From Macrostomum lignano (taxonomy: Eukaryota), in assembly GCA_002269645.1 (NCBI GenBank), contig NIVC01001448.1, positions 124,001 through 188,000 of the forward strand: 64,000 nucleotides of DNA. Reading direction: 5' to 3'. Within the stretch, counting starts at the first letter, position 1. Every line of letters begins with the position of its first letter. The notes under the pieces were generated by a model. It had not been told where the DNA came from, ran no database searches, and saw only the letters and a program-made list of their open reading frames with translations. Shown one piece after another: positions 63,913-64,000 of the stretch. The translations under genes were made by a program, and so were the position numbers.

Positions 63913-64000
63913 ATGCTCCACAGCCGCTTTTTCATGCTCATCGCCTGCTCGGCAGTCCTGTTGACCTGCGCGGTCTGGGGCAGAGTGCTCCGAGTTTCCT
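63913..64000 (+). CDS. 5' end of a gene encoding a probable secreted protein (runs off the window)
   Basis: TATATAAA at 63852; ATG then MLHSRFFMLIACSAVLLTCAVWGRVLRVS, a signal-peptide-like sequence. Confidence 0.5.
   Translation, partial: MLHSRFFMLIACSAVLLTCAVWGRVLRVS

Overview
Eukaryotic (metazoan), very minisatellite-rich DNA. The gene set, GT-AG introns packed with tandem repeats and C-rich acceptors suggest a free-living flatworm such as Macrostomum (inference, not verified). Spliced genes rebuilt by hand with consistent reading frames: a secreted six-module Cys-rich protein with fibronectin type I-like spacing (1476-6332 +), a GABA-A beta/LCCH3-like chloride channel subunit (9149-24361 +, 8 exons), Pur-alpha (27264-29950 -, 3 exons), Neurexin IV/Caspr (36917-46398 +, 9 exons), a WSC+PAN secreted protein (-), a PAN+ConA/LamG-like secreted protein (+), a broken ankyrin-kinase gene (-) and the start of a signal-peptide gene at the right edge. 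Mobile DNA: an intact mariner with TIRs and TA TSD, decayed MULE and non-LTR RT fragments, two tRNA-derived SINE families, a decayed TIR element and a tandem LTR-like element. The most unusual signal is repetition of tRNA-Leu primer-binding sites (PBS). At 31678-31952, five PBS-like repeats, four preceded by an LTR-end-like ...ACA motif, are separated by dissimilar purine-rich spacers in a CRISPR-like layout. At 62.0-63.3 kb, a tandem non-coding LTR-like unit carries several PBS copies per unit. Most long ORFs in the supplied track are artefacts of stop-free minisatellites.
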